This document shows, one piece after another, positions 29,601 through 44,600 of a stretch of DNA of 64,000 bases. Both the position numbers and the translations under genes were made by a program. Within the stretch, counting starts at the first letter, position 1. Every line of letters begins with the position of its first letter. Origin of the DNA: Botryllus schlosseri (Eukaryota). The notes beneath the pieces are model-generated. The model did no database searches. It had not been told where the DNA came from and worked only from the letters and a program-made list of their open reading frames with translations. The stretch lies in assembly GCA_051294905.1 (NCBI GenBank), contig CM119371.1:24802001-24866000 (forward strand), read 5' to 3'.

Positions 29601-32600
29601 GTCCGCGGGACAGTAATTCAGGACGGCGAAGCACGTCCCAACAAATTCACACAACCCAGAAAAATAAATTATTTTTGGATTGAAAAAAATCAGCAATTTA
29701 GTTTCCAAACCAATGGCACAAAATTATATCGGTAATTAACATGAAGTAGATGATTTTGTTGCGCAGTTATTCGATTACATTGTTGGCTTGTATTGTGCCT
29801 ATGCGCATAATCTTACAGAAAAAAGTCTAACTGTATTCGCAGAAATGCGATACTTGAGTTTATTGGTGTGCAACCTGCAGTTACATCATCGGCTATTTGG
29901 TGCGGGTCTATATTCCGCACCAAGACAGCCCAGATCGTTTGAAGGTTTCGCCAGCATACGACTCCACGAAAAGTGACCTGCCAAAAAGAACAGCAGCAAT
30001 GGAGCCCGGGACCAAAGTGATCTCCACAATCAGGCCGAAATCTTCGACAGTAATATCTCCAGACGAAGAGATAGCCGGCACCGCACCGAGTCATTGCAAT
30101 CTAAGCAATGTGCTGTGTTATTGTGAATTCAAAAGTGATTTCATTCGGTCATGCTCTTGTGAGCGATTACAATATTATTCAAGTAGTCACAACCATTAAG
30201 TGAGTCCACGAAATAACAACGTCAATAGACTGAGTACGTTTCTTTATATTATTGACAAAATATATCCCCTGACTGTAAAATTTTTGCGATTCGCGCGAGT
30301 AGAACACAACTATAAAATGATATTTCATAACACTGGTTGGTGCTTAGAAACGAAGAAATTTGGCGTTTTGCGTTATCTATGCTAAACGCTTGGCGTTAGC
30401 TGTAGCTTGATCATGAATCGGATGGAGGGGGTAAGGTACTCCCAGATCATCAAAATTTTTCATAATTTTTTTTTATTGCAGAATTACAAAGTATGAGACT
30501 AGCTCTTTCCAAAAATGTAATCATCTTGCATGATTTCAAGCTATAAGTAGATTAAAAGTCCATTTAAAATCTCTCATTTTCGTAAAAATTCCAGACACCC
30601 CCCCCCCCCCATATTTTTAACCAGCTCAAAATTGTCACTAAAGACCATATCCTCATAATTTAAACAGTTATTGAAAAGAGCCATATCTGTAATCACTCAA
30701 GCATGAATATCATAACATTCTCTGGCAGCCAAAGCAGTTGAAAAGCACTCACAGGACACTGTTTAGCTATCCTGTTGTCGGTGGCTGATTTTTGAATTAA
30801 TTTACTTATCAAGATAATATTGTGAGAAAACTGATAGTTAGTTGTGATTTTACAATGGGCGGGACAAAGATAACAACAAAACAGGCATTTGACCAGAGAA
30901 GGAGAAAATATTATGATAAAGTCATTCGAGAAAAGTTTGGAACTTTTATCTGCTTTGAAGTCTGATGGTGGTGGATGGAATTCAGAGGAAACCTTTTTCC
31001 TAGCAATTCATGCATGATGCAGTTAGTCAATGTATTGTGACTTGTCCTGATTGTGGTTCAACAGGCATGGGCTATTGGCAAAATATCCAGAAAGGCTTTG
31101 CCACAGAGATTAGCATCGGAGTGTCGTGCTGCAATAAAGAAACTTTTCGTCGGTTCACCTCATCAAAAGAGATGTTGAACAGGAAGGCAAAAAGCATTGT
31201 CATCACCAGATCAACACCAAAGTGGAGCCAATATTATCATAATCCCATCGTAAATGGTGCACCAGGTGCACAGGAAGCCTCGAGGAAGTGTGGGCAATAC
31301 CGATGCCCAACAGCTCAACTCCAGAAGAACCGATGCACGGCAATTCTGATGAAAAGAGGTTCTTTTATTTGAAGGCAAAACTTGAAGATGCTACGATCCA
31401 ATCCGCAAGTATCTGCTGACATCAAAAATGTATCAAACGATCAAACCCGACTTCAAGGACCTTGCAAGTATTGAGCGTTTTTCAAAGTGCATGACTTTGC
31501 AAATGCAGAATGCTAAGGGTTATGCAACTCTAATTAGTATTGGAGTGTTATGATGAAATTGATGCTAAAAATTCTATGTTTGAAAGATCACGGGGGAAAT
31601 ATGGGTGTAGTTTCTTCACTCACACCACCTGCAATCGGTATTTTGACAATGTCGCAGTATTCTTGATATGTTGTTTCAGCTTTACAACATCTAACTGATG
31701 TCCAATTCAAGGTTTGTAATTTTTCGAATCTCGTATAGCAGTTTTGAGTAAAAAGTCATCAAATCACTCATACTTTTTATGACTGATTTTGCATTTAGGC
31801 ACATTCAATTGTCTTCAAATTTGGCTATGTACTGATTAAAGCATGCCTGTACCATTTAAAAGCAACAGATTTCAAATACCTGCTCTACTTTTTCAATAAA
31901 ATATTTTTCAATTTTCAAATTTGGTTTTCTCCTATTTCTAGTTTTTGTTACTATTGTGTCACGGGGACAGGGAATTTTGATATCAGAAATCCTTCAATCC
32001 TGATTAAACTTGGCTCAGTACAAGCAGTAGGACTGTTCTACCTGCTGAAACTATTGTTTCTACTATAAAAGTTTTAGTGTACTTACTTTGCTACTTATGA
32101 TCTGAATTTTATGAAAAAAAGTCGAAAATTCGGCACCGTACCAGTACCAAACACATATTTCGTAAATTTTTTCGAAAAATCGGAAGTTTCAAGCGTTTCA
32201 GCAGGTGCTTAGAGCCTCAGGACACTTTATGAAGCATTGTTTAGGATATCTCGGATTCCATCAAAGAAACAGGCGTTTCCCCGTGCTAACCGTCCGCTTC
32301 GCCAATCTCCCCCTCAATTCGGGCCCAAGGAATTATTGTAAAATGCTAAAATATTTACAGTGTATGAAGTTGAGTATAAATAGTTTACATGCCAATTTTT
32401 GAGAATCTAGCATTGGCTGTTCATGAAATATCGCAATTTGAAAACTTTGTGAGTCTAGCAGTACCTTACCCCCTTAAGGGTAGTGATGAAGTTATCGGTA
32501 GAGGTAAGACAGGTCTGAACGATTTGTTACACAGATATCGGGCTTATAACCTTATGATGATCATTGAATGCTTGAATTTGAAGCAGTTTAATGATATTCA

Positions 32601-35600
32601 CTATATTAGGGTCATCTTGGCAATTACGTAACTAAACATAGCCCAGCTGATCGCAGCTCGGCGTCATATAAATCCGTCACATGACCTCCATAAAATATAA
32701 TGTGTTATATTGTTTTGATTTTAAAAGGGACTGAGATTCAGTTAAAATATTGCAAAGGAACCGCTTCTTGAATTTTGTTTGAAGTTTGAGAACGACTGGT
32801 ATTACAATCACATCGCTAGGTATATTGATAATTCATATTTTCCGACCTATCGAAAAAGCAAAGAATTAAATTGAGCGTAACTTACACTGTATTTGTCAAA
32901 AAATCGTATGTTGTATATATTTCTTGCTTCGTAGCTCTCTCGTCTGCAAATATTGGATCACGAAATGCCAGTTGAAGTTTATCGCGAAATCGCAGTTACT
33001 CTCAAGGCGACGAATAGCAAAGAGATGATGTTCCAAAGCTGCGACTTGACAAGATCAAAGCTTTCTGAATTCCACACCGGATGTCAAGAGAACGCTCTAT
33101 CTGTAAGTTCATTTAATCTATAGAAAACAGGCATTGTAATGACCATATTTCTTACGAGGGCGATCGCTATCCACCACTAGATCATGAGGAGTTTTTGGTA
33201 GACTGTGAGATTCTGCAATCATTACTTGCGGCATTATTACAATCATACGACGAGTAAAACAGACGCTATTGACAGTAAATGTTGGTTATTATTGGCCCTA
33301 TATTTTCAAGTCTTCGTGCCAAGGAGTCATCAACGTATGTCAGTCCACTGTGACACACTATTGAAAATATTTATTAAGGTAATAGCACGCAATTCAAGGG
33401 ATTCGTCGTATGCACCATATTTCTGTGTTGGAAAGTGATAGGATGTTTACACCATTCACCGTCATAATTTCAAGTAGTCGGATTTCCTGCGGTTTCGCAG
33501 TGCTGTACATACTCGGACCACTGTTTCTGCACGACAGTCTAAATCAGTGGTTCCCAACCTTTTTCGACTCATCGCCCCTTTTTGAAGCTCCACACCGATC
33601 ATCGCCCCCCAAATATTGGGAACCGAAAATGGTCAACTTTTCGGTTCGACCACGAAATTTCACTTTTACAGCTAAATTTTCGTTGGGTCGCCTATGGACA
33701 ATTAAACATATATGTATATATATCGAAGTTTTCAGTCAGCACAAGGGCATTCCTTTTCGGCCAAGGTCTTCTCGCTGCTGATCGTTCTGGCATATTTCTT
33801 GGAGTCGTATGTTACATGGCCTATAACTTCATATGTCTTGGAGCGTCGTGGCGCAGTAATGGATGTCGCCGAAGTCTCCATTTCCATAAATTATGCGTAT
33901 TGTTGTTGGGGGTAGGGTACCCCAAAATCATTATATACGACAATATTTAATCGCGCGTAGCGCTAAAATTTTTTGAAAAAGTTGGAAGAATTTCTAGAAA
34001 AATTACTCTATAATTTATGTTAATTCACGAAATAATTTCGGGCCTCTTCGAGTTCGTCCCTCAAATTGCGGGTTTGGGGTGCGGCAGTTACGGTCCTGAC
34101 TCCATCAATGTAGCCGTTTTAACGCGCCATCGCCCCCCTATCGCCCCCTCCGTTGTTTTCGCCCCCTATCGCCCCATTCGTCCGTTTTCGCCCCCCTATC
34201 GCCCCCTTCGATATTTTCACCCCCATACACCGCAAAATCGCCCCCTGGGGGGCGATATCGCCCAAGTTGGGAACCACTGGTCTAAATCCTATGTCGCCGA
34301 TTATACACACAGAAGCCTGTCCAATGTGTCCACTGTCCATGTTGTCTACGGATGCTAACCGTTGTAATTCATACACATATTACACGGGTTTGATCAAACG
34401 TCCAAGTCCAAATCAAATGACTATAGCTGACGCGTAGAACAGCAACAGCAACATACAACCTAATGAAGATAGTTGAAACGTAATACAGCAACAGAAACGT
34501 ACAACCAAATGATAATAGCTATCACGTAAATCAGCAACATACAGCCGAATTATCGTAATAACGTAGGACGAAAGTAAGGAACGTAAACTAACAAGGAAGG
34601 AACGTAGGATGATTATAATTATTTTTGCGACAACGTAAATAACAAGCAATCGGTGCTTCGTCGAGGCTATATATAGTAGTTGCTTTTTTGTTTGTTGTAT
34701 TCATTTTTTATTTTTTATTTTTAGTCTTCTAGTGACACTCAATCTCGCGAAGCGCTCCAAAAATATTTCAGGTTAAATGAGTTTGCCCAAATATAGTATA
34801 TTTATTGTTCACTAAAATGCAAAATATTAAGAGGCATGGCCCCTTTTTCCCTCCTGGCTGATAATTATAGCACACGAGATTAGTCGTCGCCTTTTGTTTT
34901 GGCAACATTGCACGAAGTTTAGCAAATTTTTCTCTCTCGTGTAGCTGTTCACCAAAGTTCAAGCGATCTCTTTGACTTGAATCGATGACGTTTGAATGTT
35001 TTGTTACTATCTAAAAAATGTTAACTTAAAAATAGGTTATAAATACTTTCACCATACAGGCTTCGTTGTGATAGATTCGGCACGACGTTTGCCCGATAAG
35101 GAGAAATTTGGTTGAGAGGCCGTCACGGGCTCAACATAATTGTTTCGCGAACTGAAGTTTTAGCACAATTGAATTAACTTAAAAAATAAGGCGGAATTTG
35201 TATGTAAAGGAAATATTTCAAATAGCGTTTCAACATACTTACAGCACAAAAAAAAGCCAAAAGGTGCAAACATTCGGAATAGACTAATTGACTACTTGAT
35301 TGTTCGGACATCAATAATTTCTAAAGCACCCCCCCCCCCCCAAAAAAAAAAAATACGAATTTCCCCACAAGTGCGGAATTTCCCCGCGCTTCCACTGGCT
35401 TAAGCTTTCAGGTGTCTCATTAACATGGCAACTCTCTTCCCTCGTTTTGATTTAAACTATAGTGCACTAAAACCCACCTCGACCAAATAACTTGTTGTGT
35501 TTCGTACAAGAACGTGTACTATGGCTTTGATGGTCAAGTCTAAGAACTGTTCAGCTGTTCCAAAATACAGTACATGGTATGGTATGGTATGAAAGTATGG

Positions 35601-38600
35601 TATGGTAGTTTCATTGCCTATTTTTGCTGCATTTGTACCGCGGGATCAAGGTTCTAACGGCGGCGATCTTTCTGGGATCGCACTCAGTGGTGGCTAAAAC
35701 ATATCTGCATTGGTGTGCCGTTTTGGCGCTGATAAGCTGCTGCCCAAAAGTCCCGTAACCGCCGGCAGTACACACGAATGTAGTTAGATTCAATTCTGTA
35801 CATCATGCGTATGATTATTTTGGCCAGTTTTTCATTTTTATTTATCAAGAGGCGGGCACACAATTAGACAACTACTGAAACTGTATTACGCGCGAAGCAC
35901 AACGAAAAAATTAAAGTTAATGAATATCTTCAAAAATACTAAACCTTATATTAATAAACAAACAATTCGAAAAATTGGGGGACAGCATGCCACCTTTAGC
36001 CCACACCTGACAACGAATGCAAATCGCTGTACTTCCTACAGGTATTTCACGAGTGTAATGAAACGTCAAAGTCCGATTTAAACAGGAATAGCTGACTCGT
36101 AGAACACCAACAGCAGCATACAACTGCCTCCAGATAGCAGTTACGTAGAACATGCAGCAACATCAACATACAGCCGAATGAAGATAGCTGACACGTATAC
36201 GAATGAACTTAATACCGCAGTAGCAAGGAAGAACTTAACATTTACAATACATCTTGCGACAACGCAAATAACAAACTGTCGCTGCTTCACCGACACTTTA
36301 CGTAGCAGTTTGAACAACCATCCTAAAAGACTTGATTATCAATAATTGCTAAAATACGGAGGCTAATGAAGTTTACCAAACAACATTCGTAGTCACAAAC
36401 TTCCACTTTCCATTAAATATGCTACTGTTTGAAATTCCAGGATTCATACTTGGACAAAAGAATTCAATCGAAAAATCGATAAAAATTTGTGATCTTTGAG
36501 GTTACATTTACAACAGAAGGTAATTTAAAACAAGCATGTTCAAAATGGTGACGTCAAGGTTCTGTGATTGTGACGTCACAGAGGATTGACATTGACAATT
36601 TAAAATATAGGTTAACTACGGTTCCTTCGACGAAAACGGCTTCCAATCACTGTCATAAAAAGACCAAAAATATCTTTAACCAGGAGTATATCATTAAGCA
36701 GCATTCTTACGGTCAGCGGTTTTCATCATCAGAACACCCATTCCGCGCCAATGATGTATATCTACCTATGTTATAACTGTCGAACTGACTACGATTTCGA
36801 GGGTTTTAACCACACTGTATCGTTATGTCGACCATATTGGCTGAAATTCGTCCGCAGTCTAATACTACATGTTTTTTTCGAAATGATTTAAACGATTGTG
36901 GCATAATTAGACAACGTTTGAAAATAAAATTCCGTAAAAAGTATTTGTTTAAAAGTCAATGCTTTAAAACACCCTTTGTTTTAAATATAACACTAGTGAT
37001 ATTACTTTTCATTGGAACCTCGATATTGCTCACTTCCACAAACTAGGTCACCGATATTGAAACGGTTGATTTTAAATCACTGCGACATCTTTCAGCAACA
37101 CGACGAATAGTTTACTACGATAGTGGTTATCAGTTCTGGTGAAGTAAGAAATATATATGAATTCACTGAGTCGCCTCATATTTAAAACACCCGGATACTT
37201 GAAAGTTACTGACTCATCTCATCAATAGGTGTGAGGCTAATTTCCGAATAGTTTACACTTTATGTTCGCTTTTATTGCTGGTGTAGTACAAAATCGCTCG
37301 AATACAGTGACACGGTCACCAAGTTGCATTCACGTGACAATGAAATGCGACCGAATGCAAGTAATATAGGTTCAGTTTATCTTGAAAATTAATACAGAAT
37401 ATTTCAATAGATTTCAATTTGTGATATTCTTGCCGCTTGATTATTGCCAACTTCTATTTATCTGAGAGGGGAGATTTTAATTTTTAGTGGGGTAGAAATA
37501 CTCAAGGGATGATATATTGGCCTCTGGAACGCTATGAAATGGCCAGAAAGATGGGATAGCAGGATACCTTAATAATTCCCATTACAAAATAACTATTTAC
37601 CAGAATAGTCAAATGCCAACATTATTCGTCGCGCGATAAACACGGACGATAAGCATAATTTCACGAATGCATGCGTCATCACAATATCATGCATCATGTA
37701 ACATATAATCTTCTTACGCAGATGTGACACCGCAATCGGTTATCCAAAGCAATCGGATAGTTACAGCATTCTTATTTTGTAGCTCTCGAGGTTGCACATA
37801 ATCGATGTCAAAATGCCAGCCGAATGTTTTCGCGAAATGGCAATTATAGTCAAGTCCATCAGTTGCAAAAAGATAACATTCGAACATTGTGAATTGACGA
37901 GACGGAAGCTTTCTGAATTCTACACTGGATGCAAAGACAGCGACTTATGTGTGAGTTCATTTTATGTACCGGAAACGCGCATATGTTCAGATCGGGGGAG
38001 CTTACACTCTTAGAAATATTCGTAGATTTACCCAAATTATACCGGTAAATTTGTCCCGTCAGTTATATTAACGGTAAATGCCCGTTAAATTAATATACGG
38101 GCACGTCAAAAGTAAATTTACTTGTTTTTAGAGGGTGAAAAAATTACAGATTAAATTCGTAGAAGCAATTTACGGGATAACCAGTATTTCAGATTTACTT
38201 TTGGATTTGTAAAAGCAATTTACTGGATAATAAGTATTCCGGATTTACTTTTGCATTCGTAAAAGCGATTTACTGGATAATCATTATTTGCAACATTGCT
38301 ATTGAACTCACAATTCGATCATTTTACACGCTTACGGTCTTATGTACATATAAATATGTGATTTGCGTAATTACATCATGTTTCAATCATCAACCAAATT
38401 ATGACACCGATGGCCTTGCTGATTGCTAATCGGTGAATGGTATCCGAACATTTGGGCATTGCAGATACCATCGTTTATATCGCTTCATAAATAGTATCCT
38501 TTGAGACATCAAGGTCTAGCAATAGTAGCATGCCAAGCGAATTTGGTATGTTATGCAGTTTTACTGCAGGTATGATCTTTTGTGTAATTATCTGTTGGAC

Positions 38601-41600
38601 CAGTTCTGCCACCATTGTAGACTCCTTAACGCATGTATGATGCAAACTATATATCGAAACACTGGAGCTGGAGTTTAGCCGCCATGCTCCTTTGCCATTG
38701 CGACGAGAGCTTAGCAGTGTTGCCACTCTAGGTTCGCGGAAAAACACAAGATTATGTCGTGAAAAAACACTAGATTGGCGAAAAAAACACTAGATTAGTA
38801 AATTGCACGAAAAATTTGCCGTTGCCAAGTAATCATGATGACCCATAAGTACAAATCCATAGATAAGAAGTGTTCCACACATGAATTCGATACATATGCA
38901 TAATATACTGCTTGATTATTCAACGAAAATTAATGAAACGAATTCAATAGCGCAAAGAAAAATTGAATATTGTCGTTTTCGAATTGTACGGCATCATGAA
39001 AATTATCTTTCGATTGTACACCGTCCATCAAACATAAGCATCTTTTGTGGGGCATCATGATCACTACCAAACGATGGGAGACGTCATGTGCAGCATACTT
39101 CATTTCCACGAATGCAGTGTAATGTGGCAATGCCAAGAGATTCGTCATGATCTTCCCCAGTCAAGGGAAATTTGATTCACCGAAGCCATTGTGCACAGAT
39201 TTCAATTTTTGCAAAAATTCTGTTGGAGGGCATTGACTGATAACCTGCAGGTTATTTTGTGACCTTGCCAAAATAGCCCATTCGCCCGACAAAACATCAA
39301 GTTCATCAAATAATATCACAGAGGGAAATCGCACAGCTAAAGGAATGATTGATTTTACTATTCTTTGTGTTGATAAGGCTGTTAACGGATTCAACTCAAG
39401 TAAGTATGCTGTCCTCGGCAAATGAACATCTTGCCCGAATCCACAGACTGAGCGCACCCTGTTACGTAATTATTGCTTGTTACTGCACCACCACATAGAA
39501 TTGTTGAAAACAACCACAGCCAGAGAGACCAAATCGCCTTATTAGCGATAAATTTAGCATATAATTTAGTAGTCTAACGTTTAAATATGAATTGTTCACA
39601 CAATTGCAGAAAAACACTAGATTAGCAAAATTGTGCGAAAAAAAACACTAGAACACTAGGACGACCGAAAAAACACTAGATCTAGTGTTAAAACACTAGG
39701 AGTGGCACCACTGGAGCTTAGTGGACGAGGGTAGTAGACGTCCTTTACCTTTTTCCTGCGAATGGCCTTGTGAATTGTTTGATCATGAATTCGTAGCTGC
39801 TCGAGCGAACAGTACATTGTGACGCCATACATATTCCAGACATAGTGGCGTCAGACGTCAGACATATCTGAGCCTGAGCACGTGCGGCTGAATGTTCCGA
39901 GATAGATATTATATCGACGCGATGTTTTCGTATTGGATAATAACAAGATGCGTTGCTGTAAGATATTGAGGGTTTCGAAGCCACAGCTTAACTCTAGCTT
40001 TAGAATATTGCAGGTGTTGATAGCAGATATTGTAGGTATAGCAGTATCCGAGCTCAAATCTGGCAAGTTATTCTCAGTCATGTTTCTGAAGACGCATGTA
40101 TTTTCGTTACAGTTTAATGGTGAACAGAAGCTATGGCTTATAAGAATGTATTACATTTTCTGACATTGAACTACACGAAAATGGAAGCGTTATGGCATTA
40201 TGAATCATGACGTCGAATGCTTACGTGATAGAAAGGGATCATTTTGCCTCTCGCTTCTAGCACGATGCCGTGCGAAATACATTGGACGTGCGATGGAAAG
40301 GAGTATTGCCAGAAAAGTTTGCAATCACGCTGGAAAAGACGATTCAGGTACGAAGTCCTAGGCCAAGGGTGTCCGTATCAAACTCAACTTGCGTCGCTGG
40401 CCAGATTCAAACTTTCAAACCGCTCGCGGGCCGGATCAGTCAAATCATTCCAAAATGTTACGGTACATCAAAACGCCTGACCTTACTTTTCGCTTAAATA
40501 GTTTATTATCAATCCTGTATACATTTTGGTATATTACATAACATTCACGATCATATCATATGGATATATTCTAGCAGCACCTTTACTCGCAAACAACGGA
40601 AGTTTGGCAAAAATTCAAAGATTGATCGTTTGAATTCAACCGCTTAAACACTGACTCTAACCACGGAATAAGCTGACATATTTGTATGCTCCCTTTGTTT
40701 TAATCGTAATCTGCCGTTAACTCATCGTATGCGCTTTGAGGAACACAAGTGATTTAATTGTTAACGCAGACGTTAGAATTTGGCTCATTATTAATCGTCA
40801 TTCGGGTTTCTCTGTCTGTCTGGGGCCTTAGAGTAGAAGTGATACAGCAATGCGACCAAATATATTTGAATTGTATTTTTTATAACTATTATATTTTCAA
40901 TGCCACCTGCATATAACAGTTTTTTTCACTTCACGAATAACTACTTTTATGCTCATTTCTTCATAAAAATATGAACTCAGTGTGCACTTTTTGGAGTTTT
41001 TGGAATTGGATGTCAGTATCACCAACTTGTTCCTGATGATGACTAGAGTAAAACCATAACACCACTGTCGGATAATTATATCACGGTCTATGATCTTGAC
41101 ATTTGTGGCCTTGCGGGAAGCATTTCTTACAATAATATCTCAAAATTTGTTAGAAAATGTGCTGGGTAATACAGGGGTTTTTCAAACTACTCGGAATTGC
41201 TTCGCAGGCCGCATGCGGCCTGCTGGCCTTATGTTCGACATCGCTATCCTAGGCCATCATTATTTGAGAAATTGAAAAGAATATGAAAAGTCGCAATATG
41301 TCATACTATAGCGTCTCAAAGTTTCCAAATTGTAGCGGTGTTGATGACAGCATAATCTTTGTTCAGATTATAGAAGAACCTACAAAAGAGCATGGCCCAA
41401 AGTACAGTCCTTCAACTGCTGCTGAAGTTTTGATGAAGCCCTCTTCATTCAGGCAGTTGCTGACCAATGATCTCCACAAGAAAGACTGGATTTTCGTCAT
41501 TATCCACACTTACTTTTTTTTACGTGTTCCCGCACCAAATAAACCTGATTCAAATTTACTTGTCTCAGGAACGTAAAACTGCTGCAAGGGACCAGACGAG

Positions 41601-44600
41601 TATATTGATATTACAGCAGATTTCTGTTACCTTAGGTTACGGAAATTTTCCGTAAAATTTCCTACGGTCAGCATATGTAAAATCATATTACGGGGAGAGT
41701 TATTTCGAATTTACTGGTCTCATCAGCGTAAAACTGCTGCACTGGACTAGACCAGTAACTTGGTATTACAGCCGTTTTCCGTTACATCAGATAACGGGAA
41801 TTTTCCGTAAAAATTTTAACAGTCAGTCTTTGTAAAAATAAATTACGGTCAATAATATTTACTGGAAAATATTTTTCAAATTTACTGGTCTCAGAGTCGT
41901 AAAACTGCTGCCAGGACCAGACCAGTAATTTGGCATAGAATATTTTTAACAGTGTACCAGATCGATTGTGATCTACCGGCATATCGTAAACTTATGTCGT
42001 GGCGTAGGCTATTCCGTATAGATTGAGATTAGTTACCGCACTGTAAAAAATCTGGTAGATTTACTGGGAAATCTCTGTACATTTTACCACGAATTACCGG
42101 TCGCAGCCAATTACTCTGCGCAGCTTGTCATTTTACATTTTGATATGTAATATTACCTTAATATAGCTGTAAAGTAAGTTACCAGAATTTCTTCGCAAAA
42201 TTACTGACAGTTACTCGTTACTGCAGTTTACCGGGCTATTGGCAAAATCGATTAGCTTCAAAATCGCTGCAGCCAATGTATACGTAGAACTGAATGTTAC
42301 TGATATATCATTCTAGAGGTGATTTGACCTGATTGAACCTCGATCGTTTTCGAGACTGGGGTCTGTCATACCGAAATTGTTGGCCCTAGTATCAATTTAA
42401 GCTTAGTAGGGTACAAGAAATAACTGACAATCGTAGCTAATGTGGTACACCGTAGCCATATTATATTATAAGGCAATGGCTGTACGGCAAGTCTCGCTGG
42501 TTACATTCGTTGTCACGGATAAGGCTGATAAGTTAGAAAATTAGTTCAGGATGTATAATATTGCTCGGGGAAACTAGAAATATCAGCAACGCATGCTCAG
42601 CTGACCATTTGTTAATGGCGGACAAGGCGACCTGTAATAAGTTACATTAGGTGTCAGGTGATTGCTTTTTCTGAGATTCGTAGTAAACAACCAACGCACA
42701 ACTGTGACATCACAAGCTGCGTCTGGTTAGGTAAGTACAGTAAGTAGTGAACAACACATGGAATATATATCAATTTATACGAAATTAGATGAAAAAAGGG
42801 ACTATATGCAATGATAAATGTTTCTGTATGGAAAAAACGACCCAGATCAAACATTATAACGTGGCCAGTAAATATTATTGGTGCCATGTGTCAGCGGATG
42901 AATACCATTTATTTCGAAATCGTTCGAGTGTCGTCTGGCCAGTGGCCATTACTCATTAGTGAGATTTGAGCAAAGGGTGGAGCGAAGCTTGTGCTTGAAG
43001 AAAATGGACACGATCGTTGAAGATTCCTAGGAATGCTGAATGGAATACGCATCTTTAAAGGTAATACAGTACTATATAGTATTTGTTACCGTGAATATCT
43101 GACTCTGCACACCAGCCCTCGATGTCTTAGATTTCATGATTGATATATTTCATTCGCCGCATTCTCTGTTCTATTTTGGGATATTTGTCGACTTATATAG
43201 TGACCACATACTCCGCTGCGGAGGAATTGAAACTGTTGGCTTGGTAATGTCATTTTCGGGCCATAGCATAGATATGTTTTCATCCACTGCAGGATTTGTT
43301 TGCCACACATGCCACCTTAAACTAGGAACCTTTTGCTTCAATACAGAGATAAAGTCTGCTATGTCATGTAAAAGGCGGAGCCGTCATCACACAATGTGCC
43401 AGTACCGGTACTTCAAAACATGTTATATTTTTATTAGCCTATTTGTCTTGGTCTTTATAATGTCATGTCCACTGTCCAGGTTAGGAACTTTGCTTTATAT
43501 AGCGACTTAATTATAAGCGACTGAATTCTTTTTAGTGGAACTGCAAGATACTACTTACACAGAAGGAATGAGAACGAGAAAAAGAAACAATTGGAAGTTT
43601 GGCCGGTGGTGGAATTAATTCACGTTTTCTTGAGACCACTCGTGTTACTGCATGTCTCCTAAAGAAGAATTAGACCTCCAGCAGCAATATTTTTCCATCG
43701 ATAACCACTTCATCGTGATATCATGAATGAATATACAGTTTGTTCCAATGTCGTTTTGGGGATGTGAAGAAAATGTTGCGATATTTTTGCATCGGGTTGC
43801 TTTGCGATAGGTATGGATGTACGTGAATTTACAAGCTGGTATGTAATCCTGATTTACAGGTACAGCTTGTAGGTAGGTAGGCGGTAAAATGACAGTCTCG
43901 ATCGCAAATGTACAGGAGAACATGTAGATTAGATATACCGGAGGTGACTGTAACATTACAGTCTGGCGTGTAAAGTGAGATTACCGGACGAGCGTAAGTT
44001 AAATTTACATTGACTAACGGTAATGTTAGATTACCACGAAATGTCTGGCTACCGTGCTTCCAAACATTTCGCGGTAAATCGAGGTTTTTATTTTTTACAG
44101 TGCGGTATATCGAGCCTCAATGCTAATCAAAAGTTTCAAAACGAGAAACGGGCGATATTGACGGTAATCGTTCATTAGTTAGGAGATTGGTAGATTACGG
44201 TGACGTCAGAATCCGTACTGTAAATACACTGTAAAAAAAAACTCGATTTACCGCGAAATGTTTGGAAGCACGGTAGCCAGACATTTCGTGGTAATTTAAC
44301 ATTACCGTTAGTCAATGTAAATTCAACTTGCACTCGTCCAGTAATCTCACTTTACACGCCAGACTGTAATGTTACAGTCACCTCCGGTATATCCATCTAC
44401 ATTTTATCCTGTATATTTGCCACTCAGACTGTAATTTTACCGCCTACCTACATCCATGCTGTCTGTGTAAATCAGGATTACATACCAGCTTGTAAATTCA
44501 CGTACATCCCATACCTATCGCAAAGCAACCCGATGCTAAAATATCGCAAAAGCTTCTTCACACCCCCAAAACGAGATTGGAACAAACTGTATATTCATTA

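Larger units (their letters stand above)
38005..41954. mobile_element. CACTA/EnSpm-like non-autonomous element
   Basis: Ends cactcttagaaatattc / gaatatttttaacagtg, 2-bp TSD TA; subterminal tandem repeats (~41 bp x3 at 38160-38290 and ~155 bp x3 at 41550-41935). Confidence 0.75.

Noticed and set aside
33410..34437. Cluster of overlapping 85-123 aa ORFs (also 57639-58004)
   Set aside because: They lie within a hAT MITE and its second copy and show no protein motifs.
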